Notes under the pieces: generated by a model
The model's input: only the letters and a program-made list of their open reading frames with translations
The model's database searches: none
Told to the model about the DNA's origin: nothing
Program-made: the position numbers and the translations under genes
Shown: positions 52,500 to 64,000 of the stretch, piece after piece
Layout: every line of letters begins with the position of its first letter
Position numbering within the stretch: position 1 is the first letter of the stretch
Source: Gnetum montanum
Taxonomy: Eukaryota > Plantae > Gnetophyta
Direction of reading: 5' to 3'
Length of the DNA stretch: 64,000 bases
NCBI GenBank assembly: GCA_015680685.1
Contig: MNCI01002984.1
Coordinates: forward strand, 254,221-318,220

Positions 52500-54634
52500 A
52501 ATTTATGGAAACTAGGTCTTTTTGCTCAAATTATCTATTCTTACATTGTAGCTGTAGAGAGATTTCTTCATAGCAAGTTGCAAGATTGCTCCTCCAAGGT
52601 GCCTTGGTCAAGCCTCTCTTGCTTTTCTTGCTCCCTTAAGTACCTCTACATCTATTTTTATTGATTTTCTTTAGAATAATGTGGTTTAGGCTACCAACAC
52701 AATTTGTATTTTACTAGATGTTACTAGTTTTAAGTATCTCTATACTTCTAGGTTATTGGAGTTATTGGTTTTTCCAATTTTTAACATTGTTAAATGTAAG
52801 GATCTCATAAGAGATATGTGCAATGTTTACCATCTCTAGAAATTTCTATTTCTATAATGGTTTATGGAAGTCTAGTGATTATTCTTGATGTTATACGAAC
52901 TACTTTGTGATCTCATGCTAGAGAGGATCAATTTGAACATAGTATGAAATCAGTGAAGTTTAAGGATTTTTATGAAAATGAAATGTTTGTGTATCTTTCT
53001 TATTTCACTCTTGTGTAGAAGGAATTTTAACAAGTTGATTTTAATGATTTTATCATTTTTCAAATATGTTAATTTATACATAGTAAGGTCTTGTGGAATT
53101 TTTCTTCTTCCCATGTTAGTTCCTATGCTATCTATCTTCTTCATGGTGTAAAAACTAATAGAGTGTTTGATTGGTCACTTTCTTGTTTGTCTACCTTATT
53201 TCTTGCCATGGAGCTTACACCGACTACTGAAAAAATCCCAAAAAATATTATACCATCTACTATGTATCCCTACTTATGACCTTGATCTTAATTTATAATC
53301 CTACAACTAATAATCTTGACCATTTTAATCCTAATCTACATCTAGAGTTCTTTGAGGAAAATATAATTGTGAAAAATTAGGTTAAAGATGTCAAAAAGGT
53401 TCAAAGAGCTCTCATACAAGTTCATAATATAGAGGGAATTGATGAGGTATAAATTTTGATTTATCTTGTTAATATTTTTCTTATTTATTAATTATTTGTT
53501 TTTATGGTATTTATGTGATAGTACACTCTAGGCTACAAACTAAACTAGCAAAAGGTACTACAAAGACAAATCTTGGAGATGATGATGTGACAACTATAAA
53601 ACTAAGTTCTAAGGTTTAACCTTAATCATATAGTATTATTATTATTGTTTATTTATTTATTTTATTTCTATTTTCTATTTTTTATTAGAAACAACAGATA
53701 GAACAAAGTTCAAGCTAAAAATTTTTGAGTAAGAAAAAAGAAAAGGGAAAAGAGCTAGAGGTAACTTGATTAATAGATAGAAAATACATGGATTTAGAAT
53801 ACTTTCCTTTTTTCTCATTCTTATGTTATGCCACTTTTGTGCAAGTGTACATGGATTAAGAATACTTCATTCAGGAATTGGAGAAGGATTCTTCACACAA
53901 ATCTAGTTTTGAATAGACTCCAATCCCACCTCCAAGATCTTCTAGCATGTCATCTCAATGTGTAACTATAGTAAAGGATTTCTTATGACAGGCCATGCCA
54001 ATGTCCTCCATTCCTAGATCTATTAGCATAATGCCATCTATTACCATCATGGGTCTACCTTTCTCCTTAGGATAGATAGTGGTTGCTGCGAAAGAAAAAC
54101 TTCTTTTTCTTTGAAAGTTTGGTGATTGGATTACAAATAATACTCTCTATTCTATATATGAGGAGTTATATTAATTAAGGGGGTTCAATTATTATGACTT
54201 CAAGGATGATTACAAGTTGGTGCAGGTTGGTGTTGCTTCTACTTTTCATGCTATCCTTGAGGGTATTTTAAAGATCAGCAAAAATCTTTAAAAACTCTTA
54301 GGGCAACTAGAGAGTGCCACTTTCTTGGCTTGATACTTGTTTTTATCATTATCATTTTATACTTATAGCCTTGATCTTACAAAGAAAGGAGAAGGAATGG
54401 TAAGAAGACATGGCAGAATGGACCCTTCAAGTCAATCTATTGGAATCTAAACTTGCAAAGGTTGGTAAGGCACAAGCTGCAACAAAAAGTACTACCAAAT
54501 ATATTTGGAAATTGTGTGATGGTTTGATTGGATGCCAAGCTATAATTAATAAGGATGATGCTACCAAGGATGAATGCAAGGCCCAATCTAGAGCTATCAT
54601 AGATCTCCTCAAAGTCTTTAAACTGGATGATTGA
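52500..54634 (+). pseudogene. Antisense, intron-containing accessory gene of chromovirus A2
   Basis: Donors after 53446, 53613, 53760; acceptors at 53521, 53688, 53844, 54382; last exon ...YIWKLCDGLIGCQAIINKDDATKDE...IIDLLKVF. Confidence 0.75.
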
Positions 54635-54802
54635 TTTCTCCTCTTTCTACTACTTTCCATATCCCTCTTCTTGTTGTATCCATTTATATATTTTCATATC
54701 CATTTTATTAATGTATTCCATTCATATATTTATAATAAAACTTACTATTAAATTTATATATATAGTCATCTTTATTTCACTTTGGCTTCTAAATCATGGT
54801 TT

Positions 54803-54814
54803 GCTTTTATACCA
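54803..54814 (-). other. Decayed tRNA-iMet PBS (A2)
   Basis: TGGTATAAAAGC versus TGGTATCAGAGC. Confidence 0.8.
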
Positions 54815-54816
54815 AA

Positions 54817-55316
54817 TGTGATAACCCATTCTTAGATGTCAATGAAACACAATCATTCATTATGTAAAATCATCACTTTGCATGAGACTAACTTGATTGC
54901 TCATTCAACTTGGAAAAGTAATGATGAATAAACATGGATTTAAGACAAAAATTAAAACAATGGAAACTTTATTAATGAAAGGGTAGTACACTATAACATC
55001 CTCTGGGTTATCTTTCAATGATACTTAGACCTTAGAGGCAACTCAGCACTACCATCATGATTAGACTATCTAGCTGAAGGAGTGATTAGTCGCTTCTTAT
55101 CCCACTTTATTCAGCTCTCATCACTTACCAATCTTGTCTCCACAACTTCATGTTGATATGATCTATAAGCCTAGACTTAAATGCCATAGGTCAAATCTAT
55201 TCCTGAGGGGTACCATGAATAGTTGCAACTCCTTATAATAAGGCATCCCTTCTTTTGAAGGCTAATTACATAATTAATAGTATAATTCCATCCTTAACAA
55301 GGGACAAGATGTTACA
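54817..55316 (-). repeat. 5' LTR of A2
   Basis: TGTGATA...TGTTACA, homologous to 26979-27488. Confidence 0.88.
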
Positions 55317-55493
55317 ATCAGCACAAATCACTAGTCCTAACTAACTCTGATTTGGTTTTCCAAGTGAAGGCACGGTAAATCCTTTATTTTGAACTTGTAT
55401 TAGCCTAGAATTTTTATTTATCTAATTAAAATATAAATTAATAAATGAAGAAAATTATAATATTATAAAATAAAATTAAGGTTAAGATACTCC

Positions 55494-55996
55494 TTAATCT
55501 TGATCAATCTTAGGGATTAATGAAAGTAGTTGTAATTTTGCCATAAGTAGTATATGATCAGATAGTTTTGTTCAAGATGGAAGGGCTTGATCTTACTTCT
55601 TCTCAACTTCTTCTTTAGAAATTAACTCTAGTAACTTGGTAACTTGAAAGAATCAAACATTGTACCAAATATAATCTAAGGTCTCAATGAAGAAGAATGA
55701 TGTTGACCCGCCTTCATTAATCATGATGGAGTAATTGTTGAACCATGGTTCTTGATGAGTACTATCCATCAACATCATCTATTCTTGAATTCTAGGATTT
55801 GATTTATCTATTGAGGATTTGAAGTAAGCATAATATGCACTAGCCAATGGAATTGTATGTTGAATTAATAAGAACATCTACTTTCAATTAGGTTCTTCCA
55901 AGGATTCTTTTATAGATCCATATTTTAAGAATTGATAAACACTACTTCCAATGTTTACATTAAAGTCTTTGTAAAGGATGAATTACACTCAATTGA
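55494..55996 (-). pseudogene. CCR4: CCR4-like (EEP family) deadenylase, C-terminal fragment, intronless pseudogene
   Basis: One frame with stops: FILYKDFN(=CGDFN)VNIGSSVYQFLKYG..QHTIPLASAY..MDSTHQEPWFNNY..FIETLDYIWY..LLELI..ALPS*TKLSDHILLMA. Confidence 0.85.
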
Positions 55997-56930
55997 TATC
56001 AGTATGGCTTAGGAATAACTTATTTTTAAAACTTGTTAACCTTTTGATATGTCAAAACCTTAAGAAAAATGGAGAACGTAGTTTGTTTGTGGTGTGTGTT
56101 AATCTTTCATGGCATGAATGAGAACTCAAGGAATGAAATCTACAACAATATCTCAAAATGAAGGCTACATAGGTGAGATGAGAACATGGACAAGTATGGA
56201 TGAAAACAAAGGCTACAAGTCAAATGAAGATGCTTCAAGGATTAGAAAGAAGGCAAATTGATGGGAGGAAACTTCAAAAGACAAGTAACAAAAGTTGAGG
56301 AGACGTCTACTATTTTTAGGAGATGTCTCCATCATAGAGTAGATGTCTTCCTAAAGATGTCTTACTAGAGACATTCCACTTCAAAATAAGACATATCTCC
56401 AGAATTAAGGTAGACCTCAGGTAGACATTCCAACTTTGAATGAGATGTATACACTAGTTGTTGGGAAGTTGTTACATGAATTCTGAGGATTTTTTGAAAA
56501 CTCTAAAGTTATAAGAAGAACTAAAATTTTTGAGAATTTAGCAAGTATTGTCAACATCGAAGAAATCATTATCCAATCTATGCTCTTGAACTCTCATCCT
56601 TCATTGTCACATCATTTTCTTGGCTGTATGTTAATTGTATGTTGAATTGAGCTTCAATGACAAGGACTTGTAATTGTAGTTACATTTTTTCCTTGTATCT
56701 TTTTTTTTCTTATTGCCTTGCGAGGTTGATGTACTTCTTATAAGAAGGCATATGTATTAAGCTTGTTGACATCATGTGGGATTGAGTGGTTTTGCAACAC
56801 CAAAACACTTCAAAGCATAGCTCAATTTTGAAAAGGTTGTGAAATCCCTAAAACCATATTTTGAGCTTATTAAAACCTTGCAAGGTTGAGAGATTTTGCA
56901 ATAACAAAACTTTGTGTAGCAAAGCTCAAA
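55997..56930 (+). repeat. Sirevirus LTR copy 1 (3' end missing)
   Basis: Highly similar to 56931-57863. Confidence 0.9.
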
Positions 56931-58056
56931 TGTTGTATGGCTTAGGAATAACTTATTTTTCAAACTTGTTGACCTTTTGGTATGTCAAAACCTTAAGAAA
57001 AATGGAGAACTTAGTTTGTTTGTGATGTGTGTTAATCTTTCATGGCATGAATGAGAACTCAAGAAATGAAATCTACAACAATATGTCAAAATGGAGACTA
57101 CATAAATGAGATGAGAACATGGACAAGTATGGATGAAAAAAAAGGCTACAAGTCAAATGAAGATGCTTCAAGGATTAGAAAGAAGGAAAATTGATGGGAG
57201 GAAACTTCAAAAGAAAAGTAACAAAATTTGAGAGATATCTACTATTGTTAGGAGATGTCTCCATCATAGAGTAGATGTCTTCCTAAAGATGTCTTACTAG
57301 AGACATTCCACTTCAAAATGAGACATCTCTCCAAAATTAAGGTAGATCTCAAGTAGATGTTCCAACTTTGAAAGAGACATCTACACTAGCTATTGGGAAG
57401 TCATTGCATGAATTTTGAGGAGTTTTTGAAAACTATAAAGTTATAAGAATAAGAAAAATTTTTGAGAATTGAGCAAGTGTTGTCAACATCAAAGTAATCA
57501 TTATCTAATCTATGCTCTTGAACTCTTATCCTTCATTGTCACATCATTTACTTAGTTGTATGTTAATTGTATGTTGAATTGAGCTTTAATGACAAGGACT
57601 TGTAATTGTAGTTACATTTTTTTCTTGTATCTTTTCTTTTTCTTATTGCCTTGTGAGGTTGATGTGCTTCTTGCAAGAAGGCATACGTATTAAGCTTATT
57701 AAGATCATGCAAGATTGAGTGGTTTTGCAACACCAAAACACTCTAAAGTAAAGCTCAATTTTGCAAAGGTTGTAAAATCCCTAAAACCATATTCTAAGCT
57801 TATTAAAACCTTGTGAGGTTGAGAGATTTTGAAGCAACAAAACTCTCTATAGTAGAGCTCAAATCATGTAAAGGTTGTGGTGTCCTATAAACCAAATTTT
57901 GAAAAAAATAAAGTTCGAAGGTATGCAAGGAATCTACCCTCCAAGTGTGGAATACCCAAGTTGGGGAACCATGTAAATTTTGGTGTGTTTTGTATGATAG
58001 GTTTGATTTCAAGTTGAGGAACTTATTCAACCCATTCTCTAAGTTCACAATCCTCA
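56931..58056 (+). repeat. Sirevirus 5' LTR, complete
   Basis: TGTTG...TATTCAACCCATTCTCTAAG...TCCTCA, followed by AG-TGGTAT. Confidence 0.85.
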
Positions 58057-58058
58057 AG

Positions 58059-58072
58059 TGGTATTGAATCCT
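58059..58072 (+). other. Decayed tRNA-iMet PBS
   Basis: TGGTATTGAATCC 2 nt after the LTR end and ~50 nt before the gag ATG. Confidence 0.6.
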
Positions 58073-58111
58073 GGTACTCTTACATTCTACATAAACTTTC
58101 AAGAGTGAACC

Positions 58112-59930
58112 ATGGAGGGGACATCCTATACAAAGCCACCAATGTTCAATAGGCTTAATTTTACTTATTGGAAGGCACAAATGCAAGGCTTCTTCAAGTT
58201 AATGGAGTTTAAGATTTTGAAGTCCATCCTTGAAGGTTACACACCACTTGTCGATAGTGCAACAAAGGCCATCAAGCCATAGAGCAAGTCAACATTAGAA
58301 GAAAGAGATAAGTTCATTTATGAATCAAAAGATAAAAAATTACTTATGTTGTGTATTAAATAAATTTGAGTTTAATAGAGTAGCTAGATGTAAAACTTCT
58401 AAAGAAATTTGGGAAACATTAGAAGCTACCTATAAAGGTAGATTCATAGTTAAACAATCAAAACTCTTGGTTTTGTAAAGTGAGTATGAAAGACTTAGAA
58501 TGAGAGAAGGTGAGAAGATAAAAGATTATTTTTCTAGGGAAAATGATCTAGTCGTAGCAATCAAGGATATAGACAAGGATTTTCCTAAAAGTAATGTAAT
58601 CATTAAAATGATTAGAACACTACAACCTAATTTAGACCTAAGATCACAACTATGGAAGAGATTAGAGATTTTTTAGTCTTAAAATTTGAAGAACACCAAA
58701 GTTCTCTTATAGCTTATGAAATGAATCTCATAAGTGAAGGGGAAATAAAAGAAGAGTGCATTGCCTTTAAATAAACATCCAAAGAGAATGACCTAGATAA
58801 ACAAGAAATGAACAATGAAGAAGAAATAGCACTTCTATCAAGGAGGCTTCAAAGGTTGCTAGTAAAAGGGGGGGGTGGCAGGGGTGGGGTAGGTTAAGAG
58901 CTTCAATCAGCAAGGACCCAACTTATCCAACACCAAAGCTAAGGTTAAAGGTAAGAACTTTTCAAACTCTAATTTTGATTCTTTTTTGATAGAATGTTGG
59001 GTATGTGGTGGAAGAGGCCATGTGGCCTCTGAATGTCCTAGCAATGGTAGGTTGCAATGGAAAGACATCAATGATATGGATATGAAAAAGACCAATCTTT
59101 ACACAAGCTGGGATGATGAAGAACCAAGTGAAGAAGTGGATGATGATACAAAATATTCACATCTCATTTGTATGGCCTTCATAGATGACAATGCTAGCCT
59201 CTTAGATGATGATCAATTTGAAATGATGAAGAAAGGTATGACCTTTTGTGTAAGAATTTTTTTCTTTTCAAACTCTCTATATAAAGTTAGATAAGCAACT
59301 AAAAATAAAGGATCAAAATATTTCTACACTAAATATAAATATTTTATATCTCACAAAAGAAATCTTAGACCTAAGGGTTAAGAATGAAAAACTAACCTTG
59401 TCTTATGAGTAGGCTAAGGAAGACCTTACAAATATGAAACTTATAAATGAAAGGCTCATCAAAGGAAAATAATCTCTTCGAAGAGTTCTTGGACAAGGAA
59501 GAAGTCCAAATGATAAAAGTAAACTAGGATGCTACCAAAAAGAACAAATGTCCACAACAACCTCATCTGAACAAGAGACCACTTCAAAAGTTGACATAAC
59601 TACTAGCACTACAAGTAACCAAAGGGTAACTCCAAGGTTTGAAAAATTCAACAAAATGGTTAGGTGTTTTCACTATAATAGATTTGGACATAAGAAATTG
59701 AATTGCAATTTAAATTTTTATCATATGAACACCTAGATATATCACAAAACTCCTTGGTCTTATCCATATATGTCTAGAAAGGAAACTGTGTAGGGCAACA
59801 AGAAAATGAGGATAACTCAAAAGGACAAGGGAGTTTTAAAAGGTAAGGAGAATCAAAAGGAAAGAGGATGATAGTGAGAGAATTCTCTCCAATAAATTTA
59901 TGAAGGGATGCCAGTCCTTCGAAATTGAAG
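58112..59930 (+). pseudogene. Copia/Sirevirus extended gag
   Basis: MEGTSYTKPPMFNRLNFTYWKAQMQGFF; SKEIWETLEATY; IECWVCGGRGHVASECP (CCHC); second knuckle VRCFHYNRFGHKKLNC. Confidence 0.9.
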
Positions 59931-60393
59931 AAATTTATGTAAGAACCTCAAAAGAGGGATCTCATTCAAAAGCTCACTAGGTACCTACATTCTCTTCAGA
60001 AAAAAAAAGGTAAGTTGAGGTAAGTCTTTGATTCATTGTGAAAATATTTTAAGACTATAATTTTTCATAGCCATCCCTGAGCCTTATCTTCTTAAATTCC
60101 ATGTTGCTAAGGTGTCTCTCTAAAGATGTCTTCTAAGAGATGTCTACATGTCAAAAAATGATGTTTACCAAGAGACATCTACTTCTCAAAGGAGATGTCT
60201 ACCTATGTTTTCATTCGTTGCAGTATAAACATCTATATTTCAAAGGATATGTCTATCTTTTCATTAAAAATCCTCATTAAGTACAATTATATAAATCCAA
60301 ACCCTCATTTTTCACTCATTTAAGAATAGAAGAACAAGGGGAGAAAACCAGGGGTACACCAACAATAATGATTTGTGCATTATCTCCAAATCC

Positions 60394-62030
60394 ATGGCCC
60401 ACAAGAAGGTTGGAATGTTAAGGCCACTACCAAAGAAAGGCAAGAAGTCAAAGGGAGCGTCCTTCGGCACTGCCAACACCTACAATCCATAATTCAAATT
60501 TATTAATACCTAGTACCAATTTGAGGTAACTTGAACTATCTCTATCATCTCTAAGCATTCTCCTTATTTCCATTAGCATTGTCAAAGGAAATTGATAAAA
60601 TTTTTACTAGTCTTAAATTGGATCACTTTCATTTCTATGAATTTTTTGTGTTCCTAAGATTCTCATCAAATAATTTTATAGTAACATTGTGATTACAAAT
60701 GCTTTTGTTGGGGCATTCACTACCATGGTTGAATTCATGTGTCTCCTTAGGTTGTTAATGCAATTCTTAGGATTTCTAGTGTTGATGTGTTTAGAATCAC
60801 CATTCACTCCATGAGTGACATTTTTACAAATGGTGTAATTCCTATCCCTTAAGATAAATTTTGCAATGCTTGTTTGGAAAGTTAGTATCTCTTCATAGTG
60901 GTAGAATTTATAGAAGTTAGATGGCGCCAGATGCTTCCATCCTATCACTCATTTTTGTATATAATATCATTGTTAAAGGGAGAAGTTATAATTATTTGTT
61001 GCCAGCCCAAGCATTTGTTCTCTACTACCTTCTCACAAGACAACCCTAGGGTTTGAATCATACTCTTTGCTGAGACATGTTAGGCTTGTTTACCAAGGAG
61101 AGAATCCTTCGGCATCCTTACCTCATTAGTCTATTGATGCAATAGCAAGATGTTCCAATTCCCAACATGCCTTTTCTTAAAGGTAAGAGAAGCCTTGGTG
61201 AGTATTCAGAAAAGAGAAGCTTCACCCATGTTGATGAGGTAGAAACCAACACCAAGCCACAAAAGTTCCAAAAGAAGATATCTACATGAACTAGCTTGAT
61301 GAGCCTCTCCTTAGTTGAGAAGGTCCAAATCAACTAGTAGCCAGATGAGATCTTCATTAAAGAAGCTTCTTAGGCCATTTTCTTGTACCTTAGGAATGAT
61401 TGAAAGCAACCTTACTTACCTCTATAAGAGAATGAATGCACTTGGAGTATCTCTTCCTCTTGATAGATAGTAGTTTGAGGAGATCACCACTCCTCGCATT
61501 TTAAACAGTGAGGAGGATCTTCTTGCCCCACCCAAATATTTAGCAGTAGCTAGGCCGTCCCAAGAATATGACTTAGTAAATGCCTCTAATTCAAACAAGC
61601 CTAATGCACCACTAGCATGTGTCCATGGGGAGCTTCCTAATCTCATGTAGCCTGGACCTAGTTCCAATTATCAAGATGCTGCTCCTAGGTCATTTGAGCA
61701 ATAGGCCATGGAGAGCATCTTTGGGACTTCATTCCATTGGAGTCTTATCGATCCTATCATCTATCAGAAGAAAGGTGCTTCCTCATCCTCTCAACAAGCT
61801 CCATCCCAACAGGATCCACCAGCTTCATCTTGATTTTGAGTGAAGCATTGTCCATGGAAAGCTCTGATCCAAATACCTTCTTCAAATGATGACAATGAAC
61901 AACATGTCTCTTGTAGTAGTAGTGATGATTATGAGGAGGAGACATATAGACCTTCTCATGCTACACTACTTCTAATAAGGATTTGAATAATGCAATTGAG
62001 GTTAGTGGTTAGGATCCTCAAGTGATCTCT
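60394..62030 (+). pseudogene. Sirevirus env-like ORF, decayed
   Basis: Starts MAHKKVG..KKGKKSKG; N-part homologous to 63590-64000; low-complexity S/P/E-rich tail before the PPT. Confidence 0.6.
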
Positions 62031-62399
62031 CCTTTTTGATGATGTTCAAAAAGGGAAAGAAGTTTTGGCTTATAGACTTTAATAGATCTTGTTATGGATC
62101 TATTAGAAATTGTATGTATTGAGGACTATCTAGATATGGACAGATTATATTATATTATCTTTCTATTTAAATATCATGATTATATATTATTATTATGATA
62201 CTATAAAAACAAGTTCTTTTCCTTGGATAGTATCATGGAGATCTTCTAGTTTTCATCTCAATAGATCTCTACCCTATGCCTTAAGCCTTAAAGCCCTATC
62301 GTAGTGATCACTTTGGTTTTCATTGGAATTTTTATGTCTTAAGTATTTTTATTTTTTAGTATTATTTAAATTGCATAATTACTCAGCCACTTTAAAATC

Positions 62400-64000
62400 T
62401 ATTATGCAATGAGCTTTTGTCTTTTAAAAATATTTACAATAAGTTCAATAAGTTCAATAAACAAGTCAAAACTAAGGATCAAGAAATCACCTTGTTGAAT
62501 TTAACTATTTTTGACCTTACTAAGGAACTCTTAGACCTAAGGGCTAAGAATGAAAGCTAACCTTCTCTTATGAATAAGCCAAAGTAGAAATTGAAAATGT
62601 CAAATTAGTAAATCAAAGGATGATAAAGGGAAAGGAATCCCTTCGAATGGTATTGGAATAAGGAAGAAGTCCACATGATAAGAGTGATATGGGATGTTAT
62701 ATGCAAGAGCAACCAACTTCAATAAACCCATCACAATCAAATGATCCTCCAAAGGAAAATGCTACTACATCAAAATCAAAGGAAGCTCCTATCCATCAAA
62801 ATGATTCAACAAGGTTTGATCATCCTAATCATTCATAGTACCATAGGAGGATTAGTTGTTATTATTGTCATAAATTAGGGCATAAACAATTTTACTGCAA
62901 TCTTAAGTTTTATCATATGAATAGTTGGTCATATGATAGGACTCCATCTTATCAAGGTGCATTAAGAAATGATTTTTTGTAAGATCATAAGAGAAATTGA
63001 ATATCAACTCAAAAGAACAAAAGAGTTAGGAAAGAATGGAGGGTTAAAAGGTAGGAACAATGAAACAAGGAAAATATCATCAACAAATTTGTGAGAGGAA
63101 GTCAAGCCTTCGATATTGAAAAAGTTCGGTTGAGAAGAGAATCCTCAAAAGAGGAAATTTCTTTTCTAGCCCTCTAAGTACTTTCAATTTGCGACAAAAT
63201 TAGAGGTAAGTAGAGGTAAGTTTTTTTTAAGCATATATTAAGACTATAGTCCTTAGAAACTTTTTACAAACCCCATCTTGTTGAACCTCTCTCTGTAAAG
63301 ATGTCTTCATAAAGATGCCTACTTCAAACAAAATACATTTACATGAAGATGTTAATCTAATTTTTCTTGTAGTGTGGCAAAGACATCTATTGCACATGAA
63401 AGACATCTACTAGTGGTTTTTAAATGTAGCAAAGACATCTATTGTTTATGAAAGATGTCTTCTTTTTCATTCAAAGCCCTCATTCACTACCACTATTAAA
63501 GTTAAAACTGTCATTTTTTTGTCTTATTCTCCCAAATCAACCCCATAGAAATGACTAAGGCTTCACCATTAGTAGTGACTTTGTCAAAAATGGGTCACAA
63601 GAAGGTTGGGATGTCAATAGCACCATCAAAGAAGAAATCCAAGGGTAGTTCTAGCAATGCACCACCCACTTACATGCTCCAATTTCAAAATTCAAGAGTA
63701 GCTCTAGTTTGAGGCAACTCAAACCACAAATATTATTACTGAGTGCCCTTTCCTACACACAAGAAAGCTACTTTACTGAATTATTTCAAGGTCTTGAATT
63801 GGGGAGACTTTATTACAATGAATTTTTTGGTTTCTAAAGTGTTGACTCATGAATTTTGTTGCAATATTGTTGTTTCAAATGTTGTTGTTAGAGCATTCAC
63901 TTCCATGGTTGGGGGTCTTCCCATCAAGGTCTCTTCCCAAGTTGTGAATATAATCCTTGGGCTCCAATGTAAATGTCTTCTGGGTAACCATTGATTTCAT
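62400..64000 (+). pseudogene. Second, diverged copy of gag C-terminus + spacer + env-like N-terminus
   Basis: Colinear with ~59230-60790; knuckle SCYYCHKLGHKQFYC; YFKVLNWGDFI...EFCCNIVV...FTSMVGGLPIKVSSQVVNIILGL. Confidence 0.8.

Larger units (their letters stand above)
47476..55316 (-). mobile_element. Chromovirus A2 (same family as A1; integrase and 3' LTR lost)
   Basis: 5' LTR 54817-55316 homologous to the A1 LTRs; PBS; gag-PR-RT-RH colinear with A1. Confidence 0.9.
55997..64000 (+). mobile_element. Sirevirus-like Ty1/Copia element lacking pol, with doubled 5' LTR and a repeated gag-end/env-like block
   Basis: LTR with C-rich end motif, iMet-type PBS, extended gag with two Zn knuckles, env-like ORF, PPT-like AAAAAGGGAAAGA at ~62048. 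Confidence 0.8.

Noticed and set aside
58866-58892. G-run/G-quadruplex in gag
   Set aside because: Looks like local slippage in a Gly/Arg-rich linker; no second copy to show conservation

Overview
AT-rich, CG/CHG-depleted plant heterochromatin (gymnosperm- or fern-like by style; inference) made almost entirely of old, nested, decayed LTR retrotransposons. I see no intact host gene. Left to right: (1) remnants of an Athila-like gag (-) and an accessory ORF (+) at 1-4.1 kb; (2) an Ogre/Tat-type gag-protease element without RT (-, ~4.3-14.8 kb), carrying a 15-copy palindrome array spaced ~193/183 bp; (3) the 3' half of a + strand Gypsy element with an env-like ORF (~14.8-19.07 kb); (4) Athila-like element B1 (-, 19.07-39.63 kb), into which chromovirus A1 (26,979-36,574) is nested; (5) Athila-like B2 (39.63-44.5 kb) and a gag-pol-less deletion derivative B3 (44.55-47.48 kb); (6) a second chromovirus A2 (47.48-55.32 kb); (7) an intronless CCR4-type deadenylase pseudogene fragment (55.49-56.0 kb); (8) a pol-less Sirevirus-like Copia element with doubled LTR, gag and env-like ORF (56.0-64.0 kb). 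Most notable: both chromoviruses carry, between PBS and gag, a conserved antisense multi-exon protein gene plus a 5S rRNA-derived Pol III promoter segment. All alignments and translations were done by eye; boundaries marked ~ are approximate.
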